A stretch of 63,723 nt of DNA, filler included, from Collodictyon triciliatum (taxonomy: Eukaryota): NCBI GenBank assembly GCA_043381765.1. It is 9 parts of 9 records of this genome, joined end to end, with 100 filler letters (N's around TTAATTAATTAA, not from the genome) between each part and the next. Parts side by side here need not be neighbours in the genome. Positions count along the whole stretch, not along the records: positions 1 to 9,195 come from JBHJMP010003123.1; positions 9,296 to 18,375 come from JBHJMP010003126.1; 7 more parts are not named here. The stretch is one strand, 5' to 3'. The notes beneath the pieces were generated by a model. The model saw only the letters and a list, made by a program, of their open reading frames with translations. It was not told the origin of the DNA and did no database searches. Each line of letters starts with the position of its first letter. Positions within the stretch are counted from its first letter, which is position 1. The translations under genes and the position numbers were made by a program. Positions 1 to 13,066 of this stretch are shown in pieces.

Positions 1-700
1 CGATATTTTGTATCGAAAGAATTTGGAGTAGGCCATAGCCATCGAGAACTGCATAGACTGCGCACCGTTAGACGAGCGTTCGTTCTTGAGGCGGAAAAAG
101 AATGGTGACGGGATGTCGTATGAGATTGGTCTGCGTGAGCGCCATTTTCCTTTGTTATTCAGGACGGCTGTGGTTGGCTGTGCATCGTGTGTGAAGAATG
201 CGGTGGAGCCTGGCGTTGTGATGTATGAGCCGTCCTCTTTGAATGAGATTTCTCTGATGGTAGCCGCGTTGCCTTCGTGAACCTGTTTGATGATGCAGAA
301 GCCTTTTTGGTTGTCCCAGCATATTTGTCCTGCTGCCAATGGCTCGTTCAGGGGTATTTTCATTTCGCAGTGAGTATACAGAATCTGTCAACGCCAGAGC
401 AAAGGCTATGATGTATTTGGAGGTGTTCGTGTGATTGTTCTTTGTTGCAACTGTGTTTTGAAGTCTGCACACAGTTTGGTGATGAGTTTCCACATCCCAA
501 TTTGCCAAAACCCTTTCGGCTCACGAGCGTTGTGATAATTTTCTTGGAAAACAACAGACAAAGAAACCAAAACTCTTTCTTTATATATTCCACATTTGAT
601 AGATCTATACCCAATCTGTATTTCCTCTTTTCCTTCGCGGAATTCTTCAGGGAATGTTTCTGGGCTTCTTGCATCGCCCAGGCTTAAAACGCTTCGTGCT
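1..700 (-). mobile_element. Degenerate non-LTR (L1/Tx1-like) retrotransposon ORF2 fragment, from RT-thumb-like region to just before zf-RVT; runs off window start
   Basis: The minus frame is open from 363 to 1 and ends ...MQFSMAMAYSKFLSIQNI, an FSxxxAY-type motif that usually precedes zf-RVT. It matches LQFSMSMVYS..VSMQNH at ~32850-32900. Upstream, frameshifted YIKKEFWFL...TTLVSRKGFGKLG resembles the RT thumb. Stops and frameshifts present; no introns. Confidence 0.55.
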
Positions 701-795
701 TCTTGTTTCACGGCTGCTGCAATATTCCTCCAACAAAGGCACGCCGGTCAACAATCGGGCACAACAGTCCGCGGATTCCGGAGTCAAGAGACAGG

Positions 796-941
796 CCAAA
801 ACAAAACAAAACAAAACAAAACAACAAAACAACAAAACAACAAAATAAAACAAAAAAACAAAAAAACAAAAAACAAAAAAACAAAAAACAAAAACAAAAA
901 AGAACAAAGAACAAAAAACAAGGCACAAAAAACAAAAACAA
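796..941. repeat. Imperfect (CAAAA)n / A-rich microsatellite
   Basis: Tandem caaaa/caaaaaa units read directly. Confidence 0.9.
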
Positions 942-1257
942 GGCATCGATGAAAAAGGATATGCACCTTTCAGAACCATAAGAGTGGCGTTTATCTGATG
1001 TTAGGGTCATGTTAAAGCGTTTGAAAACTTGGCACGGTTACTCTTTCGAATTCCCTTTTGTTCATTTGTGTATTCATCCGTGAACAAAAAAGAAAAAACG
1101 AAGTCGCGCACGATATCACTTCCATGACTCTTGTTGTAGTCCGCACGACACAAGCCTGTTTGAACAGCCCATCTTCCTCAACTGACCAATCAAATGAAAC
1201 AAACAGATATTTCTTTTCCTTAAGAAAAAAAAGAATAAAAAGATGATGCTTCTTAAT

Positions 1258-4200
1258 ATGGGCTCGACCCATATCTTCACTGGGAGAACAGAGAAGGAGG
1301 ACAGCGAAGTGGAGATTGTGCAGGAGGAAGACTTCAACAAGGGCTTGGCTGTTGTCCAGAAGGCGAACTTTGTGGATGGTATGAAAGCAGTTTTATTCAA
1401 ACGCAACGGGGGTTTTGGCTTCGGATTTATGTCTATTGAAATATCACAACCCTATGCATTTTTTTTAATTGTAGAGTAGAGAGGCATCTTCAAAAGGAAT
1501 AAACAAATTAATTCTGCCTAGAATGAAATACTCACAAAGAATATCTGAATAGACTCTGACACTTGCTTACTTGACATTCTGGATTCTGCCGGCCAAGAGG
1601 AATACAGTTCAATGCGAGATCAGTACACTCGCAGTGGCCAGGGCTTCTTGATTGTATGCGCGAATGTTATATCCAGTTTTTAATTTCTTTTTCTTTTTCT
1701 TTTCCTTTTTCCTTTTCATTTTCATTTTCATTTTCTGAACAGGACAATCACTCAAAATCAGGTATATTCCATCACATCACGTTCCTCGTTCGAAGAGGTT
1801 GTTGCCATCCGCGACTTGACACATCGCATCAAGGGAACCACAGATGTGCCGATTGTATTGTGTGGGAACAAGGTGGATTTGTCATCATCAAGATGCGTAT
1901 CACAATCGGAAGGTGAACAACTCGCCCGTTCATGGAATGTGCCTTTCTTTGAGACATCCGCCAAGACGAGGTGCGTGTGTTCATACTTGTTTGAGTAGAT
2001 TCACGACTCACATATGATCATTTTCTATTTGCATCCTCTCTTATTCATTCTTTTTCTGTATCCATCATTGCAGTCAACAAATCCAATAATATACTGATAG
2101 GGTAGCAATAAATAAAGCGAAATCTGGCATGATGCAGTCAGTAATATATTTTCGATGCATAGACTCAACGTTGAAGAAGCCTTCTTTGAGCTTGTGCGTC
2201 ACATCCCACGCACTGGAAAGGAATATAAACTTGTGATCTTGGGTGGAGGAGGTGTGGGAAAATCGGCCTTGGTCATCCAATTTATTCAGGTGCAGTAATA
2301 TCATGTTGTAATTTTTTTCTTAGTTCCACACACTCAATTTCATCCATTTGACGTATTAAAACAGTAACATAAGCTTCTTTTTTTTTTCTTTTTTTCTTTT
2401 TTTACTGGGCACCATATTGGTTGCTTTAATAACCATTTGTTTCTAGAATCACTTTGTTGATGAGTATGACCCGACAATTGAAGACAGCTACCGCAAGCAA
2501 TGCGTGATTCCAGGACTTAAGTAATAGCAATATTCGACGTCACATCTCATTTTCTGAACTACTGAAAAAATATTTTCAAAATTAACTCCCAATGATGTTC
2601 TTTTTTTTTTAAAAAAAAAAATAAAAAAATAATAAAACCGACACTGATAATAAATATATGATTACATTTATCAAATGCAGACGTGCAACGAAGGAGTCAG
2701 GCTTCTTCAAATCGTCCGGCTCCTCACGTCGTTCGGAGAAGGAGAAGGATAAATCCGGGGTTATGTCGAAACTGAAAGGCCTCTTCTCACGACCGTCATC
2801 ATCTTCTTCTTCGAAACCGTCTGCAGCAGAGTCAAACCAAGCAGAGCCAGAATCCTCACAAACCCCTGAGTCTCCTACACCAACACTATCGACCTCATCC
2901 CCGTCGTCCAAAACAGTCAAAATATCGAAGATGGATCCAAATTTCTTTTGTTTGAGTCTTGGGACGCTCGCAGACTCTGTAGGCTTTGTCAAAGGTGCTC
3001 CAGTATTTTGTCTGAGTTGCAAGGCAGTCTTTTCTCATATGTCCACTCTCCAAGAGGGAAACTTGTGGAAATGCGATTTCTGTGGCAAAGCAAACTCAAT
3101 TGCTTCTGTACCTGAAGACCAGAAGCCGAAAGAAAGCAGTGTGGATTACATATTACACGAGGTTGCGACCAAGACTGACGAGGGTCACGATGCAAGTATT
3201 GAAGCAGATTCGTCGGCACCTATGAAGGCTGCATCATCGACTGAGGCAAATGGCTTTGTCATTGTTTGCATCGATAATTCGGGGTCCATGAGTACGGCCG
3301 TGAATATTCCTGATATTCAGCAAGAATGGAATCAGCTGCGAGGAAGAGAATCAGCGGCGCAACAGCAAAGCCGGCTGACTTGCCTGAAACAGGCTATCAT
3401 CACGCACATGGAGCGCCTCAAGGTTTGTGACCACTGCACTCCCGATCCAAAGGGATTCTATCGCATTTATTCTTTTGGTTAGTTTTTTTTTCCTATTGCA
3501 TGCATTTTTTTGTGACATCCTGTCCGTCTTATGCATTCTTTACTCTCAATTGTAGATTCAGGAGCCAGAAAAGAAAGTGATTCTCCTTTCATTTGAAGTC
3601 GAAGTTCGCTTTTATGGAGATGGTACCATTCCTATTGAAAAGATCGACCGTGCTACGTATGATAGTTGGGAGAAGCTTTTGGAGACGGGGCTCAAGCTCT
3701 CCACTAACTTTAAGCCAATATCTGAGAGTTTCGACTCTTTGAAACAGAAGGTGAAATTTGGCTCTTTTTTTTCTGGTGAATCCTAGTTTATCTTACTCTG
3801 GATGATCTCACCAAACCTCTACTATATTTTTTGGTCTGTTTATTGATGTCCACAACTTTTTTTCTCTTCTTTTTCGTTGGTTTGTTTTTCACCAAAAATA
3901 AAATTGATGACAGATCGAATCGTTGTCTCCGATGGGCTCTACCGCTCTTGGGCCGGCATTAACTGTGGCTTTGGGAGTCGCATCAAACGCGCGCGGCTCT
4001 GAAATCATCGTCGCAACAGATGGAATGTCAAATGCTGTGCGTTTATACATTCTTGAAATTTATATATTTGTATTGTTTCCTTTGCATTTTCCCCTCCTTC
4101 CCTAATGATTATGCCAACAGGGGATAGGAAAAGTTGGGAGCGGTGCCGACGACGGGTTTTACGAGAAGGCAGGGAACTACGGACGGGAAAATGGTGCAAC

Positions 4201-5884
4201 TATCAATATTATCGGAATCGAAGGAGCTGACTGCAGGATGGATCGCCTGGGCATTTCCGCTGATTTGACCAGAGGAAACGTAAGATGAGCTGAATCTGTC
4301 ACCAATTCATCAGTACAGGGGTTTCATTCGCGGGTTATTATGCTTTGTATATGCTCTGGCGGTATTAGTGTCGAAATAAACACGACTTCGACTTAGCAGA
4401 TTTACACTGACATCAAGTCGGCTATTGTTTCCATACTTTCACCTCTCTAAACTCATATTTTTCCAAAGGTCAATATTCTGAAGCCGTCTGAACTGCGACG
4501 TGAAATCCGAAATATCAGCCAAAACCCTGTGATTGCCACGGCTGTAACAGCAAAAATCATCTTTCCCAAAATGTTTTCTATCATGGACACAAACAACTTA
4601 GGCAAATCCAAGTAAGAAAACGGAGCTTTGTTAAGTTCTTTATCATGTATACTTTATCTGCAAAGGGTGACTCTTGTGCTTATGTTCCATTAACATGCTC
4701 ACTATGTATCATATGTTGATGGCTGATGCATGCAAATGAAACAGAGGTGGCCTTTTTTCTCAGGAGCAAAGCCGAAATGTCGAAGAGCTGAGCATCGGTA
4801 ACGTGCTTAGCCAGCACGATATGACATTTGCGTTTGAGGTATCTCAGAAGTATTCTGCAGCCCAAGTACAATCATTTGCATCCTCGTGCGGAAATAAGAT
4901 TCCTGTCCAAGTCGTGGTACATTTCACACGTACTGATGGCTCTAAACTTGTTCGTGTCAGGTGTGCCAAGAAAAGAATCATTCTCTACAAACAAACAAAA
5001 AACCAATGTTATCGATCCATAACCCCACTTGATTTATCACCAAGAAAAGATGCATCTTTACTTCAGCATAAGCAAACACTTGTGATAATCAGCCTATTAA
5101 ACGTAAAAATTCATGGTGAATAATAGCACTGCTCTTTTTGACTTCACCGAGGACCGTAAGGTTGCTGAGGAGGGCATCGATGTGGCCGTCATTTCGTTGT
5201 GTGCCCTTCAATCATCATCAAGACTGGTCTTGGAAAAGAATGACATACAAGAAGCCCGCAATCGTCTGTTTGCCGCTCAGAAGCTGATTGACCGCGGTGC
5301 AAAGACGAACATCCAACAGGTTACATCGGTTTTATATATAATAAAAAACGATTTATTTTCCCTTTTTCAAGACGACTCATTAAAAAAAAAATTTAAAAAT
5401 ATCGAGGGGTGCTTACTTTTCTCTACTGAATAACCACTACAGGAAGAACAGTATTGGTTTATCGCACAATCGGATGAGTTTGATAGCGTCCTGAAAGGAT
5501 TGCAACGAGTGAGTGATATTTTATTTTATTCAACGAAAATAACATCCAAAAAAAAAAATTAAGAAAGGAATATATGGGCAAAGACAGATGACTTTATGCT
5601 CAATACCAGGTCTTAGTTCTGGAGTATCGTTGTACGAATATTCTTTCGCAAGGGTCGCCAGTTGCGCTTGAAAAATAAAAATTAATTAATAATAAACGCA
5701 TATTCATTAGGCTCCAAAGGGCGCCCGCAACGACTCTGCAACAAAGATTCTTTTCAAAACAAAAACCTCGAAGCTGGTTGATTTTCTTGGTGGCGAGCGC
5801 AAAGAACAGATTGTCAAAGTCCGTAATCAAAAGACCGAGGCAACAAAGGCTCTCCGCGAGCAGTATTACGCATACCAATCATAA
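1258..5884 (+). CDS. Circularly permuted Ras protein (cpRAS) with Sec23/24-like Zn finger and vWA domain, multi-exon
   Basis: Exons: 1258-1378; 1553-1653 ([21 protein letters not shown]3); 1762-1970 (NKVD G4, ETSAK G5); 2163-2289 ([15 protein letters not shown]1); 2447-2520 ([13 protein letters not shown]2); 2681-3423 (CLSC..WKCDFC Zn finger, DNSGSM MIDAS); further vWA exons ([19 protein letters not shown]). Stop TAA at 5882-5884. The introns traced are GT-AG and in phase. Alternative ATGs at 1243 and 1246. Confidence 0.93.
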
Positions 5885-6497
5885 GACTGCTTGGTGTACC
5901 ACTATTTCCCATTCCTTTACAAAATCTATCTTTCTTTCTTGACTATTTCATTTCACACACACACTCACACACTCTCTTACTCTTTCTATCTTGTTCTCTG
6001 CCCCAAATATCACAAAATGTGATCTTATGTTTTCCTCCATCTTTTCTCCCATTTCATTTTCATGCATCTCGAAACTCTTCTCGGTATAATCATGCCAATC
6101 AGCCTCCGAATCGATCTCGGACAGAATCCCTCTTCACTGACACTCCTACGGGCAATAATGCCAACCTCAGTGGATGCATTCTGAATCATCCGATATACGA
6201 ATTGCGGACTAATTGGGCTTTATACAAAGCAAAGAAGAAAGCAACAACAACAAGAACAAAACAAAAAAAGAAAAGAGAAATATTTATAAGCACAGGTCGA
6301 TTTGCGAGCAAGAAAATGAAAAACCCACAATGCAAATTATGTCTGTTTTGCGCAGATTCACCCATCAACAGAAAAAACAAACAAAACAAAAAAACATGAT
6401 GGTTCGCGCTTGACTAATATCACAAATCACCATCGAGGATGCGCTTCCGAGTCATCAGAATCGCAGCGTGGCGTTGGTGGCGTGAATGCAACAGACA

Positions 6498-8360
6498 TCA
6501 TTTGTCCCACTTTGCCGCCGGGGCCGGACTCTTTGGACTCGTCAGACTCGATGAGGAGCGAATGGACTTCATCGACGCGTGGACGGGAGGGTCTGTGTTG
6601 TGCATCGGACTTGCACTGACAAACTTCCCAGGAGAGGCGACGGCGTAGTTGATTGTGTTTGGCGTCTTGCGCTTGCGGAGATACGTGGCGAGAAAAGCAG
6701 CGAGTCCCACGCCAATCACTCCGGCAACAACAGACCCGATGATTACGGGGATGCTCGAGTCCTTGCCAGAGGATGTCTTTGATGCAGACTATGAGTCCGG
6801 TGGATGTTGACGTGAATGGCGGAGCATGTCGAGACAATCAAGGGAATAAATACGATTAATCAAACCAATATACATAACACCCATGATATCCAACAAAAAA
6901 AAATCTAAAAAAATGTAAGGGAAAGAACATATGGGGGTAATGCAAACATATTTTATCATCTTACGTTCTCTCCGAAAGAGACAGCAGCCTCGCCATCTTG
7001 TTTGACGCTCAATACACCCAAGTTTTTAACATCCTTGAATCGAAAATCATAAGGGGGTTTAAAAAATAGTGTTGAGCAAAGTAAAAGATTTCGTTTAGAT
7101 TCATGTCAATTAGCTGTACGCAAGAAAGATAGTTGCTCTTGTGGAATTATGCAATATTCATCGATGTACTATCATTTATTACAAAATCATACTTTGTGGC
7201 CAGAGGCCACCGCCTCTATGACTGATTTAACCGTGCCGTCAATAAAAAGTATATTGGTGGATGTGATAGACATATTCACAACATATGAATCTCCTCCTTT
7301 CTTCATTTTTTCGCCGAGATTTTCTGTATGTAGCCCATCGGTCTTCTCCTCATCGGGGCGTTCCTCACCCACGAAAGAATCCTTCTCTTCATTTTTGGTT
7401 TGTTGAGCGACACGCATTACGATTGAAGGGTCAGAACGGAATTGATACATAACCTTCAAAAACCGAAAAGAGTCAAAGTATTTGGCGTCCCCGGAGACAG
7501 AAAAGCTCAGTGTCCTCATTTTGAACACTAAGTAGGGAGGTTATCACGTGAAGTAAATTAAGCCAATAAATTGGCGTATGCAGGCATCGTTTGGGAGAGT
7601 TTTTTTAATAATAATTTTTCTGATGAATAGGGCAGTATCACAATCAAAACGGATAGAATCAATTAAATAGTAAGAAAATAAAAGGAAAAGGAAATTCTTG
7701 ATAGCGAGAAAAAAAGGAAAGGAATGAAGACTATCGCAAAGACACTCAATCTGAATAAACGAATTTATTATGTGTGGCTATGTAAGAATTCTCTTTTCTT
7801 TTTTAAGTATGAAAAAAAACCTTTTTCGGAGGGAGAAGGGCTTTCTTTGACTGATAGAGACAGGGACTGGGATTGGGGCTGGGATTGGGACACTTTTGTG
7901 AAAGATTCAGGCTGATGACTTGCGGAGTGAGTCAAAAGGGAATGAACAGTTGGTGACGCAGTCTCTGTGAGGGGTTTCCTGGTTGGCATCTCGCTTTCGC
8001 TTTCTGTTTGACTTTGGCTATGGTGAAAAAATACAGCCTTGTGGGCCTCTATCACATTTGAATCACTGTTCTTGTCATCGTCGCGCATATCTCTATTCTT
8101 TTTAATTGCGTTCGGCACAGACACTGTTTTCTCACCATTCCGGTACAAATGTGTCTGCGCGTTTTGTTTTTCGTCCACTGATGCAAAGTGATACATGGTT
8201 ATGCGGGGGTTATGCATATCGTTCTGCAGGGCGGCCTGATTCGCTGCAGAAAAGGCTTCCTCATAAACGTATATATTTTCTGCCGAAGTGGCTTTGCTAG
8301 TTAGCGAGCGGTGCACGAACCATATCCCCGATGCAAGTGTGATGAGGGTTATCTGATGAC
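6498..8360 (-). CDS. Uncharacterised single-pass membrane protein, multi-exon; start uncertain
   Basis: Exons at ~7800-8360 (S/Q/T-rich), 7190-7528, ~6965-7035 and 6498-6792. The last encodes a TM helix IPVIIGSVVAGVIGVGLAAFLATYL followed by basic RKRK and a short S/P-rich tail. Confidence 0.6.
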
Positions 8361-9113
8361 AGAAATTGTACTGGATTGAGTTGTGATTCTTTGATGTTTC
8401 TTTCTCTGTTCGCTTGTTTTGGTTTGGTTTATTTTATTTTATTTATTAATTTATCTATTTATTCTTATTTATATATGATATATTATTTATTTATATATTT
8501 ATATTTATTTATTTATTATTTTGATATTATATTTATCTAACTATATAGATAAATATAATATCATTATTTTATATTATTTATTTATATTTATATATTTATT
8601 ATAAATTTATATTTATTTATTTATTTAATGTTTATTTATTTTTTATTTATTTATTTATTTGTGATCATGTAAAGTTGTGAATTTTTATGCTGTATGGCTC
8701 CTGGGCGCATGAGAAGAAAATAAAAACCTCTGCGTGGACTATTTTTTCTTTAAAGAAGGAGAGCGAAAAATGAAAAAGGAAAGAAAAGAGAAAGTGAAGG
8801 AAAATTTGCCCACCAGAGAGATCTTCGAACGTGTGAGCGAGTTGCCCGCCGGGGTCATTTTTCCTTGGCTGCTCACTTGGCCTTTTGGGCTCTAAAATGA
8901 ACTAGAAAAAAAAAAAAGAGATGAATCGACGAACTCTTTTCTTCCTGCCCATATTCGTTCATCTATTATTTGTTATTCTTTATTTTTGCTTCTTTTTTTT
9001 TGATGTTCTTGTTTTTGGTAGCCTTTTCCGAGGTTGAGAGGAAACAAAGACGACTGTATGTATATATGTATATATATCTAAGTCTTCTTCAAAGCAGAAA
9101 AACAGAAAAAAAA

Positions 9114-9195
<82 letters not shown>

Positions 9196-9295
9196 NNNNN
9201 NNNNNNNNNNNNNNNNNNNNNNNNNNNNNNNNNNNNNNNTTAATTAATTAANNNNNNNNNNNNNNNNNNNNNNNNNNNNNNNNNNNNNNNNNNNN
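9196..9295. other. Assembly gap with artificial TTAATTAATTAA linker; same at 18376, 27640, 36932, 46192, 52321, 57215 and 61670; plain N gap at 20807-21531
   Basis: An identical 100-nt N44-TTAATTAATTAA-N44 block appears eight times; the linker puts stops in all six frames. Confidence 0.98.
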
Positions 9296-10190
9296 TACCA
9301 TTCATCGCAACATCACATAATCAAGCTGATGAAATCCGGTTGGTGTGAAAAGAAGGCTCCAACATCTTGAGTGATTGCAAGGCTATCCCGATTTATTCGA
9401 AAAAAAGAGGTTCGGTACCGATTCCGTCTCTTTTTACTGGCTGTTGTCAGCGAAGAGACATGTTCGATGGTAATACTTGATTATTCGCCCATGTCATCCG
9501 CAACACTTAATTGGTTTTAGAGTCGTTGGTGGATTTGCCAGAACTGAATGTTACGCAAGAATCCTACAAATGCGATTTTTTTACGTTAATGGTGTCTCTT
9601 TTTTCCCTTTTTCTTCTTTCTCTCTATTGGTGCGAATAGGTTTCTTGTTTGATGGAACTCGTTTTGTGTTGGAATGAAAAGTCTGGATGTCAGCATATTT
9701 GGGATATCTGCAAGAAGGATTATTTTGCCAATCTCAAACAGAAAGGATTCTTTTTCTTCCTCCTCCTCAAAAAAAGAGGACTTTGTTACTCATGATTCTG
9801 CAGAAGGTTTCATTCGCTTGCATTTAATTAGAAAAAATACGCCTTTTACAGGGATACAATACATCTTGCAGCTCTGTCCAAACTCAGCCGTTCAAGAAAT
9901 ATGCATCTTTCTGACACATAGTCCAACAATGGAATATAATTATAGAGCGAGATAGAAAGGTGCAGTCCTTGTAAAAGTAGCTTCATTTCTTCCATTTTTC
10001 TTCTGTTGATATAAGAGTCCGAGGTTGCAATCAGGATTCACCGATAAAAGAGTCACATCCTTTCGACAGTAGCTTCGGACTTCCATCACACTCCGCGGTT
10101 GGCTGCTTTTTTTTCTTCCCAAGATATTAGTAGAGCAGAAAACTGGTTATGACTTTTCTCGAAGGTGTACAACACAGTCATCGTTTTTCA
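9296..10190 (-). pseudogene. Possible decayed LRR (F-box/LRR_CC-like) coding relic
   Basis: Minus-strand fragments LLDYVSERCIFLERLSL and LQSLKMLEPSFHTNRISSA*LCDVAM resemble cysteine-containing LRRs. Many stops and frameshifts. Confidence 0.3.
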
Positions 10191-10529
10191 AGAGGCGTTT
10201 GGTGGGCCGCATTACCTTTATCGCAGTTTATCATGTTGGAATGATTGATGTAGAATCAGTTCCTCGAAGCGAGATTGATTGTGAAGGAAGATGAATGATG
10301 TCGGGTTATTGCGCGTAATCATCCTGGGATTTATTGCAAAATGATATTATCAAATAATCAAATATAATCAAACTAAATATTGACATCCATTTTTACTATT
10401 CGGCATTATCATAAGTACACACAATTAGTTGCGATTAATCTGTTTACTTTTTATTTAATCAGACTTTTCTCACTCTGCCTTTTCATCCTCCTTTGATAAT
10501 TTTTCTTTTTCATTCTCTCCAATCGTATT

Positions 10530-12330
10530 CTCATTCACTTTTGCCACACATTTGGATGCGGTGATTGAAATGCTCGCAAACATAGATTTTCTGATTCAGT
10601 CCAAAGCAGACTCACATCTGATAATAAAAGTGTCCATAATTTGATGAAGACTGCGACGATGTGCCGAAAGTGTGAACAATGACATTGTCTCTTGTCGTGT
10701 CATAAACGCGGATGTGATGGTATCCATGTTCACTCACCACAATTGTGTTGTTCGGACCTTTTGCAATCGAAACATGACCCGGCACATTATTGATTCTGAC
10801 AGTGCGCATACATCACCCCATCACATAATAAATATTGATTTTGCCTCCGCCGCATCCAATCACACACACTTCGCTCTTTGCAGTCACGCAAATGCCCTCC
10901 GGGGATGCGATTCCTTCATCGCCAGAGGATGCTGTCGCAAACGAGCGTTCGTACTCAAACACACGGTCGAACTTGTCCACTTGATTCTTGCTAAGGTTTG
11001 TGACATAAAGATTGCCTTCGCTGTCAAAGCATGGATTAAACGGATTGGAGAATCCGCCAAAGTCACTGGAATCTGTGCTTTGTGCGCTTCTTTTGCGACC
11101 CGACTGGATTGTCTCAATCATCTTGAAGTTATCATCAAAGATTTGTACACGATGATTAGAAGAGTCACAAACAGCGATGCATCCATCATGTGAAATGGAG
11201 ATTCCGATTGGATTGCTGAATTTACTTAAGCCTGAGCCATCCGTGCCAACCGTGCAGAAAAAGCTCAAATCCTCATTCAGCACTTGAACGCGGTGGTTAC
11301 AACGAACAACAACGAATATGTTCATAGTCTTTGGATGAGCTGCGATTTCCCCATGGATTAGAAAACTGTTGGGCTCCACTTCCATTTGAACCGACCTTCT
11401 TCTGAAACACGTAATCTTTGATGTTGTATTTCCACGGCTTCTGATACAAGTCTATGTCCATTCTCTTCTTCATTTCCTCCCCCTCTTTCATCTTCCCTTG
11501 CTCCATATTTGCAATATGTTCCTTCATTACGCGATGCTCCTGTACCTCACTCTCCGGCTCTTACATGTGCTTGTCTGTCTCGTTCATGCGTCTGCCACTC
11601 GGCGTTTTCTGTTCACAGCTCTTCCAAGACCGACTCACACTTTGCGTGGATTTCCTCCAGCACACGCGCCCCGCCTTCTCCTATCACAACGATGCCGCCA
11701 ATCTCGATGCTTGCTTACGGCTGCTCTACATCCACATTGCCGACTTCTTCGATGTCTATCTGCAAAGCTGTGCGAGCAAACATGGCGATCTTGAAAAGCT
11801 AGGTCACGAGTCCGTCGCGCTCGTATATCTCCTTGGGCTTTCTGAGCATGGAAATGGAGTGCCATAGAATGTTCTCTGATACCGCCATTCGATGCTATAT
11901 GTACTTGGTTTTTCCTGCAAGGCTACGATAGCCTGAATTCATTATCATCATCATTTTCCATGTTTAGTGAATTATGGATACAATCACACAACATAAAAAA
12001 AACCAATTTAGATTGCCAATACCGGACAATAACGATGATAAAAGGATTGATTACAGTTTCTTTCAGCTTCTCCTTCAGCTGTGCTGCTTTCTGCACAACA
12101 TCATCGTAAAATTTGTCGATCTTTGCATTTTGGTCTCGCTCCTCAGCATCAATCTAAGGAATTGAATATTCGAGGAAATAAACAGAAAAGAAGAAACATA
12201 TATAGCTTGAGCACTTCATGAATATACATTTTTCATTTCGCTCTCGACTTTTGACCTGATTTCAGCCCTTGCGTTGTTTTTCTTTCCATCTCCCCAATCA
12301 AGTCGTCATCCTTGATAGCATCATAATCGA
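10530..12330 (-). pseudogene. Coiled-coil + NHL-repeat beta-propeller (TRIM-NHL-like) pseudogene
   Basis: NHL repeats: GSGLSKFSNPIGI..IAVCDSSNHRVQIF, FSNPFNPCFDSEGNLYVT, IYVCEHFNHRIQ. Frameshift near 11350 (FSNPWG / EIAAHP), in-frame TGA at 10813 and 10612, and in-frame TAG/TAA/TGA at ~11550-11800. Upstream coiled-coil exon IDAEERDQNAKIDKFYDDVVQKAAQLKEKLKE at ~12055-12155. Confidence 0.8.
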
Positions 12331-12690
12331 TATTCTTAACTTTGATATATTCGTGCGTTTTGACGGTTTTTACATCTTGAAACCCACATTTATCACACAT
12401 TTCAGCTATGGGTCAGGATTGCTCGCAGATAAGGACGATGAGAAACTTTTGAATAATACATTCGCTGTGGTATTATCACCTATATATTATAGAGGTGATA
12501 ATACCACATTCGCGCATATTTACGACATGTTTTGCTCTGGCCTCAAGCAGTATGCTATTCAAAAAAAAAAAAATGTTATTCCCAGAATGTGATAAATTCA
12601 CAACAAAACTTTGTAATTGCGAGCTATTATTTTCAAAAACCAAAAAGGAAAAACAAACAAGTTAAAAGAAAAAAATATAAGGGAATTAAA

Positions 12691-12887
12691 GAAAAAGAAA
12701 AAGAAAAAGAAAAAGAAAAAGAAAAAGAAAAAGAAAAAGAAAAAGAAAAAGAAAAAGAAAAAAGATAAAGAAAAAAGAAAAAGAAAAAAGAAAAAAGAAA
12801 AGAAAAAGAAAAGAAAAGAAAAAAGAAAAAAGAAAAAAGAAAAAGAAAAAAGAAAAAGAAAAAGAAAAAAGAAAAGAAAAAAGAAAG
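12691..12887. repeat. (GAAAAA)n purine microsatellite
   Basis: Tandem gaaaaa units read directly. Confidence 0.95.
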
Positions 12888-13066
12888 GATGCAACAGAGA
12901 TCGATCAGGTTTGCTTTCATTTTTATGGATTTATTCTGTTTTCATGGAGCGTCCTTGTGGCAAAAAAGCGGAGGTCTGCTTGAAAAAAACCCAGAGAATC
13001 TTCCATCTAAAATGAATATAGTTAACGAACATATATCAATATGCATTTATTATACTACTTACCTTG

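Noticed and set aside
596-1010. K/F/I/Y-rich ORFs from the ORF track (also ~12.6k, 23.3k, 33.7k, 37.0k, 50.6k, 58.6k) and poly-X ORFs at 20.6-21.8k
   Set aside because: These are translations of microsatellites or N gaps.
9240-9251. Recurrent palindrome TTAATTAATTAA, eight copies
   Set aside because: Always centred in identical N blocks, so it is an artificial scaffolding linker rather than a biological motif.
10530-11900. Stop-codon reassignment or selenocysteine suggested by in-frame TGA/TAA/TAG in the NHL gene
   Set aside because: All three stop types occur along with frameshifts. The conserved genes traced have no internal stops and end in TAA, TGA or TAG, so pseudogenisation is simpler.
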